DNA of 64,000 bases. Source: Psammoneis japonica. Lineage: Eukaryota. The translations under genes and the position numbers were made by a program. Positions 10,681 through 23,309 of this stretch are shown here, piece after piece. The stretch is taken from the NCBI GenBank assembly GCA_008632985.1, contig QPGO01000076.1:310001-374000 (forward strand), read 5' to 3'. Positions within the stretch are counted from its first letter, which is position 1; each line of letters begins with the position of its first letter. The notes beneath the pieces are model-generated. The model was not told the origin of the DNA, ran no database searches, and saw nothing but the letters and a program-made list of their open reading frames with translations.

Positions 10681-11039
10681 GAGAGTGGGAAGGCAACCCA
10701 TTGGAGGTTGCCTGAGTTGTTGGGCTCATTTTTAAAGACTTCCTAAGTCTCTCTGCTGTTTGTGGTCCATGCTCTAAACATGTCATCAATGAACCATCCA
10801 CAGCATGGGAGGTGCGGGGCAAATTCAGTCATTGCCACATGACTTTGTTGTTCACGCAGCGCCTTGTGCAGTGTGGCACACATGCAGGTGGTGCTTGTTC
10901 CCACAGCTGTTCCAGTGAGTGCATTGTGTGGCACTTAAAATGTTTTTTGCTTGCTCACATGCTTTCTTTCTGCATTTTCTTTGAGTTGCAGGGGAGGAGC
11001 TGGGTGCTTGACGTCTCACACCGCACACCGACACCCATG

Positions 11040-11420
11040 TTGCTCCGGAATCAGTGGCGCCAGATGCACTGATGCACCGGCAAGTGTGTGTTGCAGTTCA
11101 TGTCAGTGCATCTACATTGTGCTCTCACAATGTGCACTGTGCTTTTTGGCAATGAACAAGGTGGATCAGAGGAGCAACAGCACTTCTGCTGCAAACTCGC
11201 CTGCTCCAGAATCAGTGGCATTGGACACACTGACATGTCCATGTTGCCATTCCTGTGGGTTGTGTTGGTTGACACTCTCACAATGTGTTTTGCTCTTTTT
11301 GGCAACATGTGAGGTGGAACAGAGCAATGGCACTTCAAACACTAAAACAGCAGCTCCTGCTGCAAACACACCTGTTCCAGAATCAGCAGTGCCAGATGCA
11401 CCTGTCGACCTGTGTTTGTG
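11040..11420 (+). repeat. Diverged tandem repeat, ~165-bp unit, 2-3 copies
   Basis: TCC(G/A)GAATCAG...(C/G)AGA motif at ~11045, ~11205 and ~11376. CTCTCACAATGTG...TTTTTGGCAA...AGGTGGA repeated at ~11122 and ~11275. Confidence 0.65.
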
Positions 11421-13534
11421 AGTGTGAGCCTTGGTGGACCAAGGAGGGCAGTGATGCCATTTAACTCCCACGCCGGTGTCAACTGGAGTGCTGTTGGCAG
11501 CATCTCCACTTGGCTTGTTTTGTGTCTCTGGATGGCAAGCCTTGGGCATCATGGTGTTGTTTCCATCTGCGTTGTTTAAATTAAATGCAAACAACAAAAT
11601 AGAATGTGCACAATGCAAATGATTTTAAATTGCAGGTTTTGCAGGAATTGAGGGCGGGCACTCTCACAGGGAAAATGGTTGGCTGTTTCACAGCGAATGG
11701 TGTTGTCTCACAGGACAGCAGTGGGCTCCACAGCAATGAAGTTTGTGTCTTTCATGGTTGACAAAATGTCACCACACACACAACTGACAAGGTTTGAAGC
11801 CACAAAATTTTTAACTGTGACAGATTGAAAAATTCACTGCAAGAAAGTCAGTCTGATCACTGCGCTGCGCGCTCTGATGGACAATGCCCTGCTTTTGAAT
11901 GCAGCCAATGACATGTGGATTGCTTTCAATGCACAGCCCACATTTTGATTTTATTTCTTGCAAAAGTTGGCTGCAATCTTGATTGGTCTGTGGACGCTGC
12001 ACACACACGCTGAACAAATGAGAAATGAGTCCTGTGGACTTGGTGCAGCGAGAGACAGTTTTTTTTGTTTTTTTGGTTTCCAAAGATGTTTGTTTTTGTG
12101 TGTGGTCATCACTTTGGGGCAGTTTTCTTCTTGTTGAGAAAATGTTGTGCCCTGGCTGGAGCATGGGCAACTCACTTTTTTTTTAAACCTTTTCTTTGTG
12201 GCATTTTTTTGTGGCAGAGTTCAAGACAATTGTTGTGCATGTGACTGTGAACAACATCATGTGAGTCAACAAAGTTGTCATTGTTTTGTGGGTCACCTGG
12301 TGCTGGAGCGTGCCCCAGAAAGGTGCCATTCGCCAGCAACAGTGGTGTGCCAGAGCTCCCAGCAAATTTGAAGAAAGTTGGCCCAGAAACCACCCCAGAG
12401 AACACAAAGGAGAGATCACAGGCTGTTTTTAGAGCCAGCAGCAGCAGCAGCCGCAGCAGCTGACCCAGAAACATGCTCTCACCCCAGAAGCATGTGTGGT
12501 GAGCAATGAAGCACCGTGCACCACCTCTTCCAGAGCCCCCCTCCCACGGCATTCTTTTCGAGCGACGGCACCTTCTCTCAAATGCTGGTGCCTCCCATGC
12601 ACGTGTTTCAGCTGATTTCCAAACTTCAAAGCACCTGACCTCTACGGTGACATCTGCTCTAGAACATGACAAGCATGGAATACATGCAGTCTTGTTGGCA
12701 TCACTGTTCACAATAAAACTCTGCCACATGTTGTCCCAGCGGTGGATGCGATGCGAGAGATGTGGCGGCCGCCTGAACCCGACAAGGCCAGACGGATGAT
12801 TTTAGTCCAATTAATCAACTGAAATCGAATATGACGTCAGCTCGTGCTGAAAAACTTGGCGAGCGCAATTGATTCGTGATGTCCATTGTACAGAGCTCTC
12901 CTACTAGGACGCAACGGGCAAATGTGTCACTCACAGAAATCAAACAGCCCCAATACGAAGCTCGCGCTTTTCATCGCACTCTCCATCAACGCGGAAGCAA
13001 CACGACTTTTATTGTTCTCACTTCTCGTTCATCAGGCGCTTTGTGAAGGGAAGTCAGTGCTGACCGGTTGCTCTTTCGTCTGTGATTACACGGAAAGACA
13101 ATGGCGGTGCGAACGTTCGACACTGATACGGCGGGCCAGCGGGTAACGACGCTGGTGCTTTCTAAAAAGAATGTGTTGGATTAGGACGAGGAGTTTCTAC
13201 TTTTGATGCTCGTCGGGTGCGGCCCACCTACACAAATATCACGTTCTCCTCGTACGTCAATCGAGAATTGATCCAGAATCCTTGAGTCAGGACTGGGTTG
13301 AAAAACGACTTGCTCCCTCCCCCCCCCAAACTTTTGTGGCTCAGCGGACGCCTTACCAAACCTTTGTGTTTGGACCGTTAGAGATGGACGTCTCGACCTA
13401 TCTGTTCTTTACGTTTTTTCGTTCGTTTTGCCCTGTCGTCTACCCAAAAGAAACTCACAAACTCGTTGTCTCCTTGTATCTCTCAACAGATTGTCACGTA
13501 CGATGGTGGTGAAGAAGAAGCTCGTAGGCAGGCG

Positions 13535-14182
13535 ATGCTTTCGAAAATTCGGGAATTGCACTTTTGGATCAAGCTCGCATTCGCACGGATCAGTGTCGTG
13601 GAGGAATTGAAGGCTCGTTTGATGGAGCGGAAAAGAGTCAAGTCGACACGAAAGCGAGCGCTGGTACTTTTGAAAAACGCTGTCAAGAAACGGCTGATAT
13701 TCGATCGTAAGACTGACAAAAAGGCAATGAAGGATTACACGGGTGGTGGCTATAAGCAGATGAATTCCGCCTTGCGCTCTGGAAAGCTGAGTCCAGAAAT
13801 AAAAGCCCGTGTGGATGCCGTTATCAAGGCGATGGGCAAGTCGCGGAATTGTCCAGTGTTTCAAGGTACAGTCCACCGGGGCACCAACATTAGTGGAGCG
13901 CGTTTCAATTCGTTGTGTCCTGGAGCCACCTTCATGGACCCGGCTTTTTTGAGTACATCTCTGAGAAAGCATGTTGCTTGTAATAAATTCGGTATAAGCA
14001 AGAATGCACTATTCAAGATTGAAAGTCGATCGGGTGTGAACGTGACGAAACAATCCAAATTCAAGAGTGAGTCGGAAATTCTTTTTCGACCTGGTACTTT
14101 GTTTATGATCACGGCGGTTGAGGAACACGACGATCCCGTGTGTGGAAAGCGGAAGTTTGTTTCAATGCGAGAGATTCATTAA
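13535..14182 (+). CDS. R-S-E type mono-ADP-ribosyltransferase (VIP2/ART-like)
   Basis: Motifs YTGGGYKQMNSALR, VHRG (catalytic R), FLSTS (STS), ESEILF (ExE). First ATG at 13535. An in-frame acceptor (CAACAG, 13489) suggests an unresolved upstream exon. Confidence 0.85.
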   Translation: MLSKIRELHFWIKLAFARISVVEELKARLMERKRVKSTRKRALVLLKNAVKKRLIFDRKTDKKAMKDYTGGGYKQMNSALRSGKLSPEIKARVDAVIKAMGKSRNCPVFQGTVHRGTNISGARFNSLCPGATFMDPAFLSTSLRKHVACNKFGISKNALFKIESRSGVNVTKQSKFKSESEILFRPGTLFMITAVEEHDDPVCGKRKFVSMREIH

Positions 14183-15205
14183 TTTTGGTTGTAAGAGACG
14201 AATGGAGGTTTGGATTTAAAAGATAGAAGGTAACTATAGAAAACTTCCCGCTCCATCCATCCGGAGGTGAGGCCTTGGGGGCCCATGTGGCATAGACGGG
14301 CGTGATTATTCCTATCGTAGTGTGTATTGTTGGCTTAGAAAGTTTACTGGTTACATTCTCAGAAGCGAGTGTTTACAGAGAATAATCATTCGTTGTGTGT
14401 GCGCACATCCTCTTTGTTGTATTCAATTGCATAATTCTCGCTACCCTAAGGCTTGTACTGCAAGCCGTAGCTAGAGAGTGTTCCGGGGGTGGCAATCATA
14501 TTTGGTGGTGGGACTCTTCCGCCTCTACCGGTATAGCAGTGGACTCTTTCATACTAAAGCGTGGACTCGTTGGTATGGTACTCCCACTTCATGGTGGAGC
14601 AAGTCCAGTAACTACTATTAGGAGTGGCTCTGTTCAAGTCTTGGACTTGGTGGAGAGGTGGTCAGCAGCTACTGCCCGTAGTGGACGTGGCTCAAGCATG
14701 CATTTCCTTGGATGAAGTGTCAGGACACGTCTCCTCAAGACGTGAGTAATATTGTCCATGGTTATAACAAAGGTTTGCAAAAAAGAAAGAGTCGTCCTAT
14801 GTAAAGCTCCATAAGTGTGTCTATTCGAATTATTTCTGCCTTTCTCGCAACTTCAAATTTGGTGTACTCGCTCAGGCTACGAGGGAACAAGACTAGCAGT
14901 GGACGAGTCACTGAAAGAACTACTGCTCGCACATTCCAACTTTGATCTTCGAGTTCACATGGGATTGTGCACCGAACTGTGTTTATTACTATTTTTTGCC
15001 ATTGTGTCACTTTGAAAAGTGCAATGCAGTCTTTCGAGACTGCTGATCTGTACGCGATAGTATCATGCATACCCATTCCCCCAAAACTGACCCGAGTCGT
15101 AGAGAAATGGGTGGGTTTCTATAATACGGGGCCCGCCATTGCGAACTTTCGGCAATTGAGACATGAATCGACGAAGAAGCAACAGATACCTAATATCATT
15201 CAATT

Positions 15206-16147
15206 TTAATGCTCGTCATCGACATCGTCACGAAACTCTGTGTTTTTCCGGCGAGTACCACTTCCGGAGGAACGACTGGCGGATGCCCGACGTTGTCGTG
15301 CCTCCTGTGCATCCTTGCGTTTCTGGGCAGCTCCTCCCTTGGGAACTCCAAAAATAGGCTCCAGCATGGGCCATAAAGTGCGCTTCCAAACTTTTCTAAA
15401 ACGCTTGTAAAGCTTTGAAATGTTGTACTTTGCATTGGTGGCCGCCGTCTTGACGGGCTGAGGAGCATGCATCCAGAATTTCTCAGCAATCTCGTCTCGC
15501 GTTGCCAAGACGTGCTCCAACGCCACCGTCATGGGAGCTTCGTCTTGTTCCCAACCCAAAAAGTAGCCATAATCTTGGTATTTCCGTTCGAGCCTCTTGA
15601 TGAGCGTAGGATAATCACCATAGTATTTGCTCAAAATCTTGGGAACCTCCGTGACCTTTTCCGGATCATGTTTTTCGTAAAAGCTAAGTACACGCTTCTT
15701 CGGAGTTGCCCCGACACCTAGTTTGTATCCCAATTTACCAATCACGTGGTGCTTTTGCGCAAAGTTTCCAATAAAATCGCCGGCATACAAAATCGCAGGG
15801 AGCACCGTTGTGCCTGTGAGCAGAATAAGTAGAATCAGAGGCATGGTTTTGATCCCGCCCTTTTTACTAGCTGCAGCAGCTTCAGCCTCTGCTCGTTTCA
15901 TTTGTGACCGATTCTTCATAGCCTTGGCTGCTTTTTGAGACTTTTTGCTCAAATTGACTTCGTCATCGCTACTGTCTTCTTCAATGGGTGCATCGTTCGT
16001 TCCAGGCATGGGCAGCTCCTCCTCCTCGTTTTCGTCGTCTTCCGCGGGACCAAAATCATGAGTGCCGCTCAACATTTGTTCGGCCTGCGCCTTGGCCTCC
16101 TTTTTCTGGTTGCGACGACGCAACTTTGCTTCTGCTCCTCGTGCCAT
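15206..16147 (-). CDS. Hypothetical membrane protein
   Basis: Intact ORF from ATG 16147 with charged N-terminus, TM segment (PLILLILLTGTTVLPAILY) and a FYEKHDPEK..VPKILSKY.G....L...LERKY helical motif. Confidence 0.8.
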   Translation of the reverse strand: MARGAEAKLRRRNQKKEAKAQAEQMLSGTHDFGPAEDDENEEEELPMPGTNDAPIEEDSSDDEVNLSKKSQKAAKAMKNRSQMKRAEAEAAAASKKGGIKTMPLILLILLTGTTVLPAILYAGDFIGNFAQKHHVIGKLGYKLGVGATPKKRVLSFYEKHDPEKVTEVPKILSKYYGDYPTLIKRLERKYQDYGYFLGWEQDEAPMTVALEHVLATRDEIAEKFWMHAPQPVKTAATNAKYNISKLYKRFRKVWKRTLWPMLEPIFGVPKGGAAQKRKDAQEARQRRASASRSSGSGTRRKNTEFRDDVDDEH

Positions 16148-16871
16148 GGTGAACGTTGTACAGTAAGAGTGATGACTACCTATCGTGATGGTCTTCGCCA
16201 AAAAGTGACCGCAACGTTGAACGTTGTCGCTGTGTTTTCAACCACATACTTTCGCCATCATACGTCACCTCGTCATCCACGTGGATGTGAACGGGGGTAA
16301 TCTCTAGTAATAGGTTATGAGGGTAGATTCGATGGTATCTTTTTTTCAGACTGGGAGACGCGCAACACATGACCAAACTAGCGAGAACATGAACAGGTAT
16401 TTAGAGTAGAAGTAGTAGCCTAACTTTGACAGACGCCATCTTAGATAAAAGAGCATCAATACTATGAATTGAGGTTAAAAGGGTAATCTCCACTACGGCG
16501 ACTGATCAAAGTGGATCGTTTTGGTCGGAGGGACCAACCAGCGCAGTGCTCCCCGTCACCGACATTCAAGGATCCAAGCCCCACTTGTGTCTACGGCTAT
16601 GAGAGTTGGGCTTGTTCTCATTTTCGTTTTAAAGCATTGCATGATTCTTTTATTCATTTTTCTAACAAATTTTAACAAGACATTGTGTTGCGTGAAATCC
16701 TGAACTGTTCGCGAGAAAACCTCAACTGTTGAATCTTGCATCAGAGAGTATGGTACAAGGAGTTGTCAGCACAATCCACTCCGACTGAATAACGAGAGCG
16801 AAAAGAACACATCAACGTTGTTATACCACAACACACATCAACACCGGAACTTGCTTCTACTGTATGAAACC

Positions 16872-17720
16872 ATGAGTCCGCCTCGTTTGAACTCGCCCGA
16901 AGAGGAAGAAAGCGTCCACTACGACAACAACAGTCAAGTCTGGGCCGTCTTGTCGTCTGTGTTACCTGATAGCACCGATGCCGGCACGTCTCAAACGCTC
17001 TTTGGGAGAGCTGAAGTCACGTTCAAGTCAATTCCCCGCAGCTGGGGAACCAAGGTCGATGCAGTCAAGAAGATTGCGATGAAGCACTCACAACTGTTGA
17101 AACACATTGCGTTCGCTGTTCTTGTAGGTCTCAACGTTGGCCTTCTCCTGAAGTCTGGCTTTCACGCAACCAAAGCAACGGATTTTGATCCGGTTGGTAC
17201 CCTTGCCAGGATTGAAAAAGAACACCAAGAGACCCACCTCAAGCTGCAACATGAGATTCTCCAACAGGAGCAGATCATCAAGTCGGCGAACGATCGAATC
17301 GCCTTTTTGGAACAGCAAATGGACTCGATTCCTGCTTTGGAGGTCAAGGAGGTAGAGCCAGACGAGCCCCCGCCACCCGTAAGCTGCTTGGAGAAAGTGA
17401 CCGCGGATATGCGAGACTCCTTAGGCACATTTGCGCGAGCTACCGAAATGGTCTACTATAGGAGTGACAAGGTCGAAGCAGCCGAAGCACTCGCTACGGA
17501 GATTCAGTCCTTCTTGGAAGTGTTTGACACTTGCAGTGACACGTACGAGAACTTGACGAACGAAGCTGAACAGTGGAAGACCGAGACTGTCAAGCTCGTC
17601 CGTCGTGTCGAAACGCTCAAGCAACAGAAACGTTTCTTTCACATGGTTGTTACCTTGAATGCTCTGGTTTGCGTGGCGGCTTGGTGGGCCTTTGCCTTGA
17701 AGAAGAAAAAGGTGCTCTAG
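16872..17720 (+). CDS. Hypothetical coiled-coil protein with two TM segments
   Basis: Intact ORF with coding-like composition. Hydrophobic helices near aa 80 and at the C-terminus, the latter followed by KKKK. Confidence 0.7.
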   Translation: MSPPRLNSPEEEESVHYDNNSQVWAVLSSVLPDSTDAGTSQTLFGRAEVTFKSIPRSWGTKVDAVKKIAMKHSQLLKHIAFAVLVGLNVGLLLKSGFHATKATDFDPVGTLARIEKEHQETHLKLQHEILQQEQIIKSANDRIAFLEQQMDSIPALEVKEVEPDEPPPPVSCLEKVTADMRDSLGTFARATEMVYYRSDKVEAAEALATEIQSFLEVFDTCSDTYENLTNEAEQWKTETVKLVRRVETLKQQKRFFHMVVTLNALVCVAAWWAFALKKKKVL

Positions 17721-19020
17721 GGAGAACAGAAATATTGATCCCGATGATATGACGAGCGAGAGAGAAAGAAGTTGATAGCGCCCACACAGTATAGCATTTG
17801 TATGTTCAACAATGCATTCACAGGTTGTAGAAGCGAAGTTGTACGTTGAGCGAAAGCGGTACGGTATGGAAGAGTCATTTTGTTACGAGCGCAAAGCCAT
17901 GAGTTCGGAACATAGCTCCAACTACTGCCTGGTTGAACGCTTTCCAAAGACGAAAATATTACATCCTTCAAGCGACGCCATCGTTGTCGTCATCAACAAT
18001 CAAAGGGGGAGCTCCACTGGTAATACCACGAGGATGGGATTCTGGAACGCGAGTTTTCAACTGCTTACATTCTTGTCTTTTTCGTCAGGAACAATCGGCG
18101 GTCCACGATCTTTCCTGATGCTGAATAGTACCATTTTTCAAAGCTGCTCAATCACAATGCCCTCGAAAAAGAATTCCAATCGAATCTTACCCAACGACCT
18201 CGATCTAGCAGACTCTTCCATTGCATTGTAATGAGACAGAAGAAAATCTTTCGTGCAATGGCACGTTCCCAGTGATTCCGCATAGCCTCCAAAACTGTCT
18301 TTACGCATTCGTCCTAGTGTGGATCGTCTGCAACCTCAACAAATTCACCCTTTCGCGGTAAACGAGGAACATGGATCATGCAAAAGGCAAAAGTCAAACT
18401 CTTTCACCGCGTCAACACATGGCTGTAGAAAAGAAACGTCTTCTCATCCCGGAAGTTCTCAACAGTCTGGTAGACGCATGGAAACATTTTTGCAGAACGA
18501 TTTACGGCAAACTGATCCGCTGGTACTGACTGTGACAAGAGGACAAGATCAAAAAGGAGATGATAGTAACGACCTTGTGACTCTCGACAGTCACAACCTA
18601 TAGTCAGCCTCAAGCTGCTCTCGTCCCTCATCCTGAAATCTAACAGGCAAGACCAGACCAGGGCGTGTCGCAGACAATTCTTCCTCCTCGAGGTGATCAA
18701 AGTCAGCAGTAGGTGGTGAATCAAAGCTGTATCCATGGGATGTAAGAGACGGCTGCGGAGAGTTGAACATGGTTAGGTTTGAGAGCGGACGTATGAATAG
18801 AGCACCGTCATTGTGAGCGATAAATTCCAAAATATCTTTTTCTGGCAGTATGACACTGTATCTTTGTGAGCTCGCTTGGCGGTTTGTTTGGGTGCGAAGT
18901 TGAACATGTGGTTTCAATAGAGGAATCTTTCGAAAATGACCCGTGACGTAAAAAGCATAAATTACTTATAGACGTCCGTAGAATCTACACGTTTTTGTAC
19001 CAAAACTGTTATCTTCTCAA

Positions 19021-19131
19021 AACTTTCGCAAAAAAGGACATTACTGCTAACTGATCAGGCGTATTTCTGCAAATATGTTGTTCTAAAATGCGCCTGATCA
19101 GTTTGCAGTAAAGTCCATTTTTCGCAAAGTT
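19021..19131. repeat. Foldback hairpin (~46-bp arms), MITE-like
   Basis: AACTTTCGCAAAAAAGGACATTACTGCTAACTGATCAGGCGTATTT (19021-19066) is the near reverse complement of 19086-19131. Confidence 0.85.
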
Positions 19132-19229
19132 AAAATTTACTAAGGACAGACAGACAGACTTTTCAATAATTATCTTGGTGCTGTTCTACACATTTCTACG
19201 TAAATGACTCTACGGCGCGAAAGATTGCT

Positions 19230-21465
19230 GTGTTGTGTTAAAAAATCAATGATGATTGTTCCATGTTCTGTCAGAATTCTACAGAGGAAATTATCTGCTC
19301 GAACTCGGTCATGTCATGTGCCAGCAGGCCAGGTGGGGCTAGTTGGTCGCGCACATTTGGGTTCGATCTGATGGGCAACTGGGGTCCTGGCTGGCTCAAG
19401 CCAGAGCCATGATGCCCTGCATGAAAAGCTGTTCTTGGTCGTGCGAGCAGAAGTGCAAGACATGCGCACAACACCGCAAGCCCTCGTTTCAGAGCAAAAA
19501 AAACATGGCGTGAGACAGTGCGTCATAAAATGACATGACAACAAGCAATGAGAAAGGCCCCAACTTGACACAGGGATGAAGCACACAAATGTTGTCCAAT
19601 CTGTTTGATCTCATGTCTCATCGGAAAATGCCGGCTTGCAGATCAGCAAACGGTGTGCTCAAGTTGCTCTCCATGGTGCTGTTGGGCACTGCCATCAAGC
19701 ACCTGCTGTTTGCCACTCTCCATTGTGAGTCCATGCGTTGACCATTGTGCACGAGTTTTGCACACCCAGCCACCTTGTGGACTCTCAGAGAACACAGAAA
19801 TGTGGTGTGTGTTCTGGCACCCTCTGGTGTGTTTTGTGCAGAAGTCTGTGCAGAAACATTTTTGCGTGTGCAGAAATGTGCCAGAATCTGTGAGAGCACC
19901 AGACACATTGCCTGCACATGACCCTGGCACATTGTCCGCCTGCATTCTCTGAGAGTCTGTGAGGCAACACCAGCCAGGTGTGCAAAGCTTGTGTGCAACT
20001 GTCGACGCACAGACTCTCTCGATGGAGAGTGGCTGTTTGCATGTGAAGGACAGCGCATCTGTTTTGCCAACAGTGACTCTGTTTTGGTGATGGCAGATGT
20101 TTCACTGCATTCAATCTGAAAACATTTTGAGAAGTGCTTCAGAGGCAACCCTGTTTGGACCGTCAAACAGAAATTTTTTGTGCAGATTCCAGAGTTCTTT
20201 GGGGTTGTTTTGCAACATTTTGGAGTTGGTGCATGATGCAGATGTTAACCCTGCAACCACTGGACTTGAGCAAATCTCCATGGGTGGAGATTTGCTCACT
20301 TTCTTCACAAATGTAAAAAACAAAATGTTCTCAGATGTGGACAATGAAGAGCTCGTGCGATTTTTTGTTTTGGAGTGCACATTTGCCGAAAATTCCAAGG
20401 GATGACCATTCTTGCAATTTAGAAAGTTCAATGTCAACTTTTGATGCCAGGTTTTTTTTTGTGCTTCATCTGTGAACAAAGAGAAGCCAAATCTCAACCT
20501 TTGACAATGAAGCCTGTGATGAGCTGCTGTCACAATGACAACAAGCAAGTGCATGTGGGGTGTGCTGTTTTGCGCAGATTGCTCATGATGTGACATTTTT
20601 GTGCTGCGTGCATTGTGTTGACATGCAAATGCATGACACATCACAACCCCTCAAGTGGAGCAAATTTCCACCCACTGAGATTTGCTCCATGGTGGTTGAA
20701 GGGTCAAGAGCAATGGAAAATTCAATGATGTGCAAAAGCTCAATGAGCCAACATGATTTCATCTTCCCTGCAGAGCCTGCAGATTGAGCACTGGCAAAAA
20801 TCCACCACTTGTCAACTCAATCAGCAGCAGTTCTGTGCACACTCTGCTTGCGCCTCACACATGCCTGCACTGTCTGACAACTGTGCACTGTGTGTGTGAG
20901 ATCACAATTGCTTGAAAGTTCTTTGTCAGTGGAAATGTGCAGCCACACACTTTTCAGTGTTGAACATTAAAACATCGGGACTTGATTGATCTGTGTCGTT
21001 GATGAGCAAGTGGTGAGTGGCAGCGGCAGCAATGGCTCTGCTGTTGGCTCTCTAGAGTGTGGCTGCTCTCTGCTCCAGAGAGCAGCGCCAGTGACAGAGA
21101 GCTTTTTGAGTTGAAACAAGTGGTTTTTGTGAAGTTTTGTCATGTCATGATGTGGTTGATGGTTTGGCATTGGAGAGCAGCAGGGTCGCGGCAAGCTGGT
21201 GGTTTGTGGCTTGCTTGCTCAGGTGGCGGATGACCATCCTTGTGAAGGAATCTGTGAGAAGCACCAAGATGATGACATCTTTTGCTTTTTGTTCTGCTGC
21301 CACAAAAAAAACACTGCTCTCTCTCTCTCTCTCTCGAATGAATGAACAGAATCGGCGCAGCCGATTCTCCGTCAAATGTGGCTGACAAGATGCAGCAGCC
21401 AAGACAGAGCCGCTGTTCGGACAGTTGTCCAACTGTTTGGACAAATGGCAGGCACAATGGCTTTG

Positions 21466-21496
<31 letters not shown>

Positions 21497-21800
21497 TTGC
21501 CGCACACTTTCAAAGTGCCAAGTGGCGTTGGTCCAACTTGGCTCGCTTGCCACAGCACGGTGCAGCAGTTTGTTGGTTGTTGCACTGCTGGAATGTTGCT
21601 GCTTTGCAGGCTTTTAGACTGGCTGTGATGCACTGCAACTGACCATCTCGAGCTAGACTCACAGCAGCAGGCAGATGTTGCACCCACAGCGCCCTTTTCT
21701 CCGGCTCCTAGCTAGCTGCTGTAGTGCACGGCAGCAGCAGAGAGAGCACCACTCTGTCCGCAGAGCGAGAGAGCGAGCCACACGCCACACGCATCCACAA
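19230..21800. other. TpA-depleted degenerate block
   Basis: TA near-absent, no intact ORF. Contains (CT)n tracts at ~21317 and ~21465. Confidence 0.6.
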
Positions 21801-22027
21801 TCCGCATCACTTCTGAACTCTGGCCCAGAAAGATCTTCTGTCGTAGAATTAATACTGACTTCTACGCACAAGTGCCATGTCAGCATTGTAATCGAAGTTC
21901 ACTTCATTCACGTTGCGTTGCACCCAACGGCCCAACAGCCAAGGCCTTATAAATCCTTGCCAACAGCCCAACGGAGAAAAAGAGGATACCATAGACTAGT
22001 GAAGAACGACTTCGACTGATACACACC

Positions 22028-22705
22028 ATGGCGGAAACAGATCCTCCTCCCGAGAAGAAGAGCAAAACGGAAGAAGAAGCACCTCTTCCTCAGGCTCCAG
22101 AGGATGAGTGGCCTGAAGCGTGGCTCATGACGGAAGGAGAAGTGACGAATCAAAAGGCTGAGAACCGTCGCGAACCCAACGTGCCCGTGGGTGTCAAGGA
22201 GATGCAAGCCTTGGGCATTCAGTACTGGAAGCTCGACGCGGATGCCTATGAGTATCCCGTCAAGGCTGTACCGTGGGATCCCAAGGACGCCCCGGACCCA
22301 AAGCTTGCCAAGCTCCGTGATGATCGGGGATACTCGTATGCGGATATCATTACGATTCACCCCGATCATTTGCCCGGGTTTGAAGAAAAGATCAAGGCGT
22401 TTTTCGAAGAGCATATCCACGATGCAGAAGAGATTCGTTACGTTCTTGGTGGCTCTGGGTACTTTGACGTGCGTGACTTTGAGGACAGGTGGGTCCGTGT
22501 TCACGTCAAGAAGGGAGATCTCATGACTCTCCCAGAGGGCATTTATCATCGTTTCACTTGTGATGATAAGGATATCATCCACGCTATGCGGCTCTTTATT
22601 GGGCACCCCGTATGGACACCCTTTAACCGTCCTGCCGAAGACCACCCGTCTCGTAAAAAGTATGTGGACGAGTACAACGTTGACATTGAAGAAAAGAAGG
22701 AGTAA
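22028..22705 (+). CDS. ADI1: Acireductone dioxygenase (ARD/ADI1, methionine salvage)
   Basis: Cupin motifs FFEEHIHDAEEIRY, GSGYFDVRD, GDLMTLPEGIYHRF, AMRLFIGHPVWTPFNRP. Confidence 0.95.
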   Translation: MAETDPPPEKKSKTEEEAPLPQAPEDEWPEAWLMTEGEVTNQKAENRREPNVPVGVKEMQALGIQYWKLDADAYEYPVKAVPWDPKDAPDPKLAKLRDDRGYSYADIITIHPDHLPGFEEKIKAFFEEHIHDAEEIRYVLGGSGYFDVRDFEDRWVRVHVKKGDLMTLPEGIYHRFTCDDKDIIHAMRLFIGHPVWTPFNRPAEDHPSRKKYVDEYNVDIEEKKE

Positions 22706-23309
22706 GGTACAATTGTATTGTGTTATTGTTTGGATTGTTGATTTCGGGGGAAGGATTGTACACCAACGGAGTGAGAGACCGTCGTAGATACCTATGTTGC
22801 TATAACTAGTTGTATATCACTTCTTGAACACATGCTGAAAGATCTACAGAAGTTTTGAATTGACTTGGTGATATCGATATCTCACAGGTTGTCGACCAAG
22901 ACCAGACTTCAAGCTTTCAATATGCCAATGTTTTATGTGCAGCTGGATTTATGCTAGAGAGTAGATAGGCTCTACAACATAACGGAAGAAGCAAAGGTGC
23001 ACAGTCAGTGAATCGATATGGTGATTGGAAATGATCATGCCGTCACAAGGCTCATTTGCAATGTCAGTACTTCTTCCTTTCTTCGAGTAGCACGGCTTTC
23101 CAGTTTTATTTTCTAACGAACTTTCTCCTTGCAAAGTGTGGTGAGCTGAAAGTGTATTTTGAATTGGAATGACGAAGGATTTAAAGTATTAACAAAATGA
23201 GATCTAACGTCTCCCTTCGTTTTTCAACGTGACTGCTGAAGTAGCAGACTCAAAACTTGGAACAAAAGCAAAAATTGGTTTCCGATGACGGAGCATAGAT
23301 GACAAAGAA

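Larger units (their letters stand above)
9657..12790. other. TpA/CpG-depleted degenerate repeat-like DNA of unknown origin
   Basis: TA nearly absent, TG/CA excess, only short Cys/His-rich spurious ORFs, internal duplications. Confidence 0.6.

Noticed and set aside
10375..11420. CRISPR-like array
   Set aside because: Only 2-3 diverged long units, no unique spacers, eukaryotic context and no cas genes.
14395..15076. Short ORFs and repeated GTGGAC/GTGGAG words
   Set aside because: No consistent period or protein motif. At most a decayed fragment.
17812..18917. Possible minus-strand gene
   Set aside because: Only short ORFs, with no consistent splice model or domain.
21317..21492. (CT)n microsatellites; also (CA)n near 27080 and poly-G/C runs near 39873 and 57910
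   Set aside because: Ordinary simple repeats.
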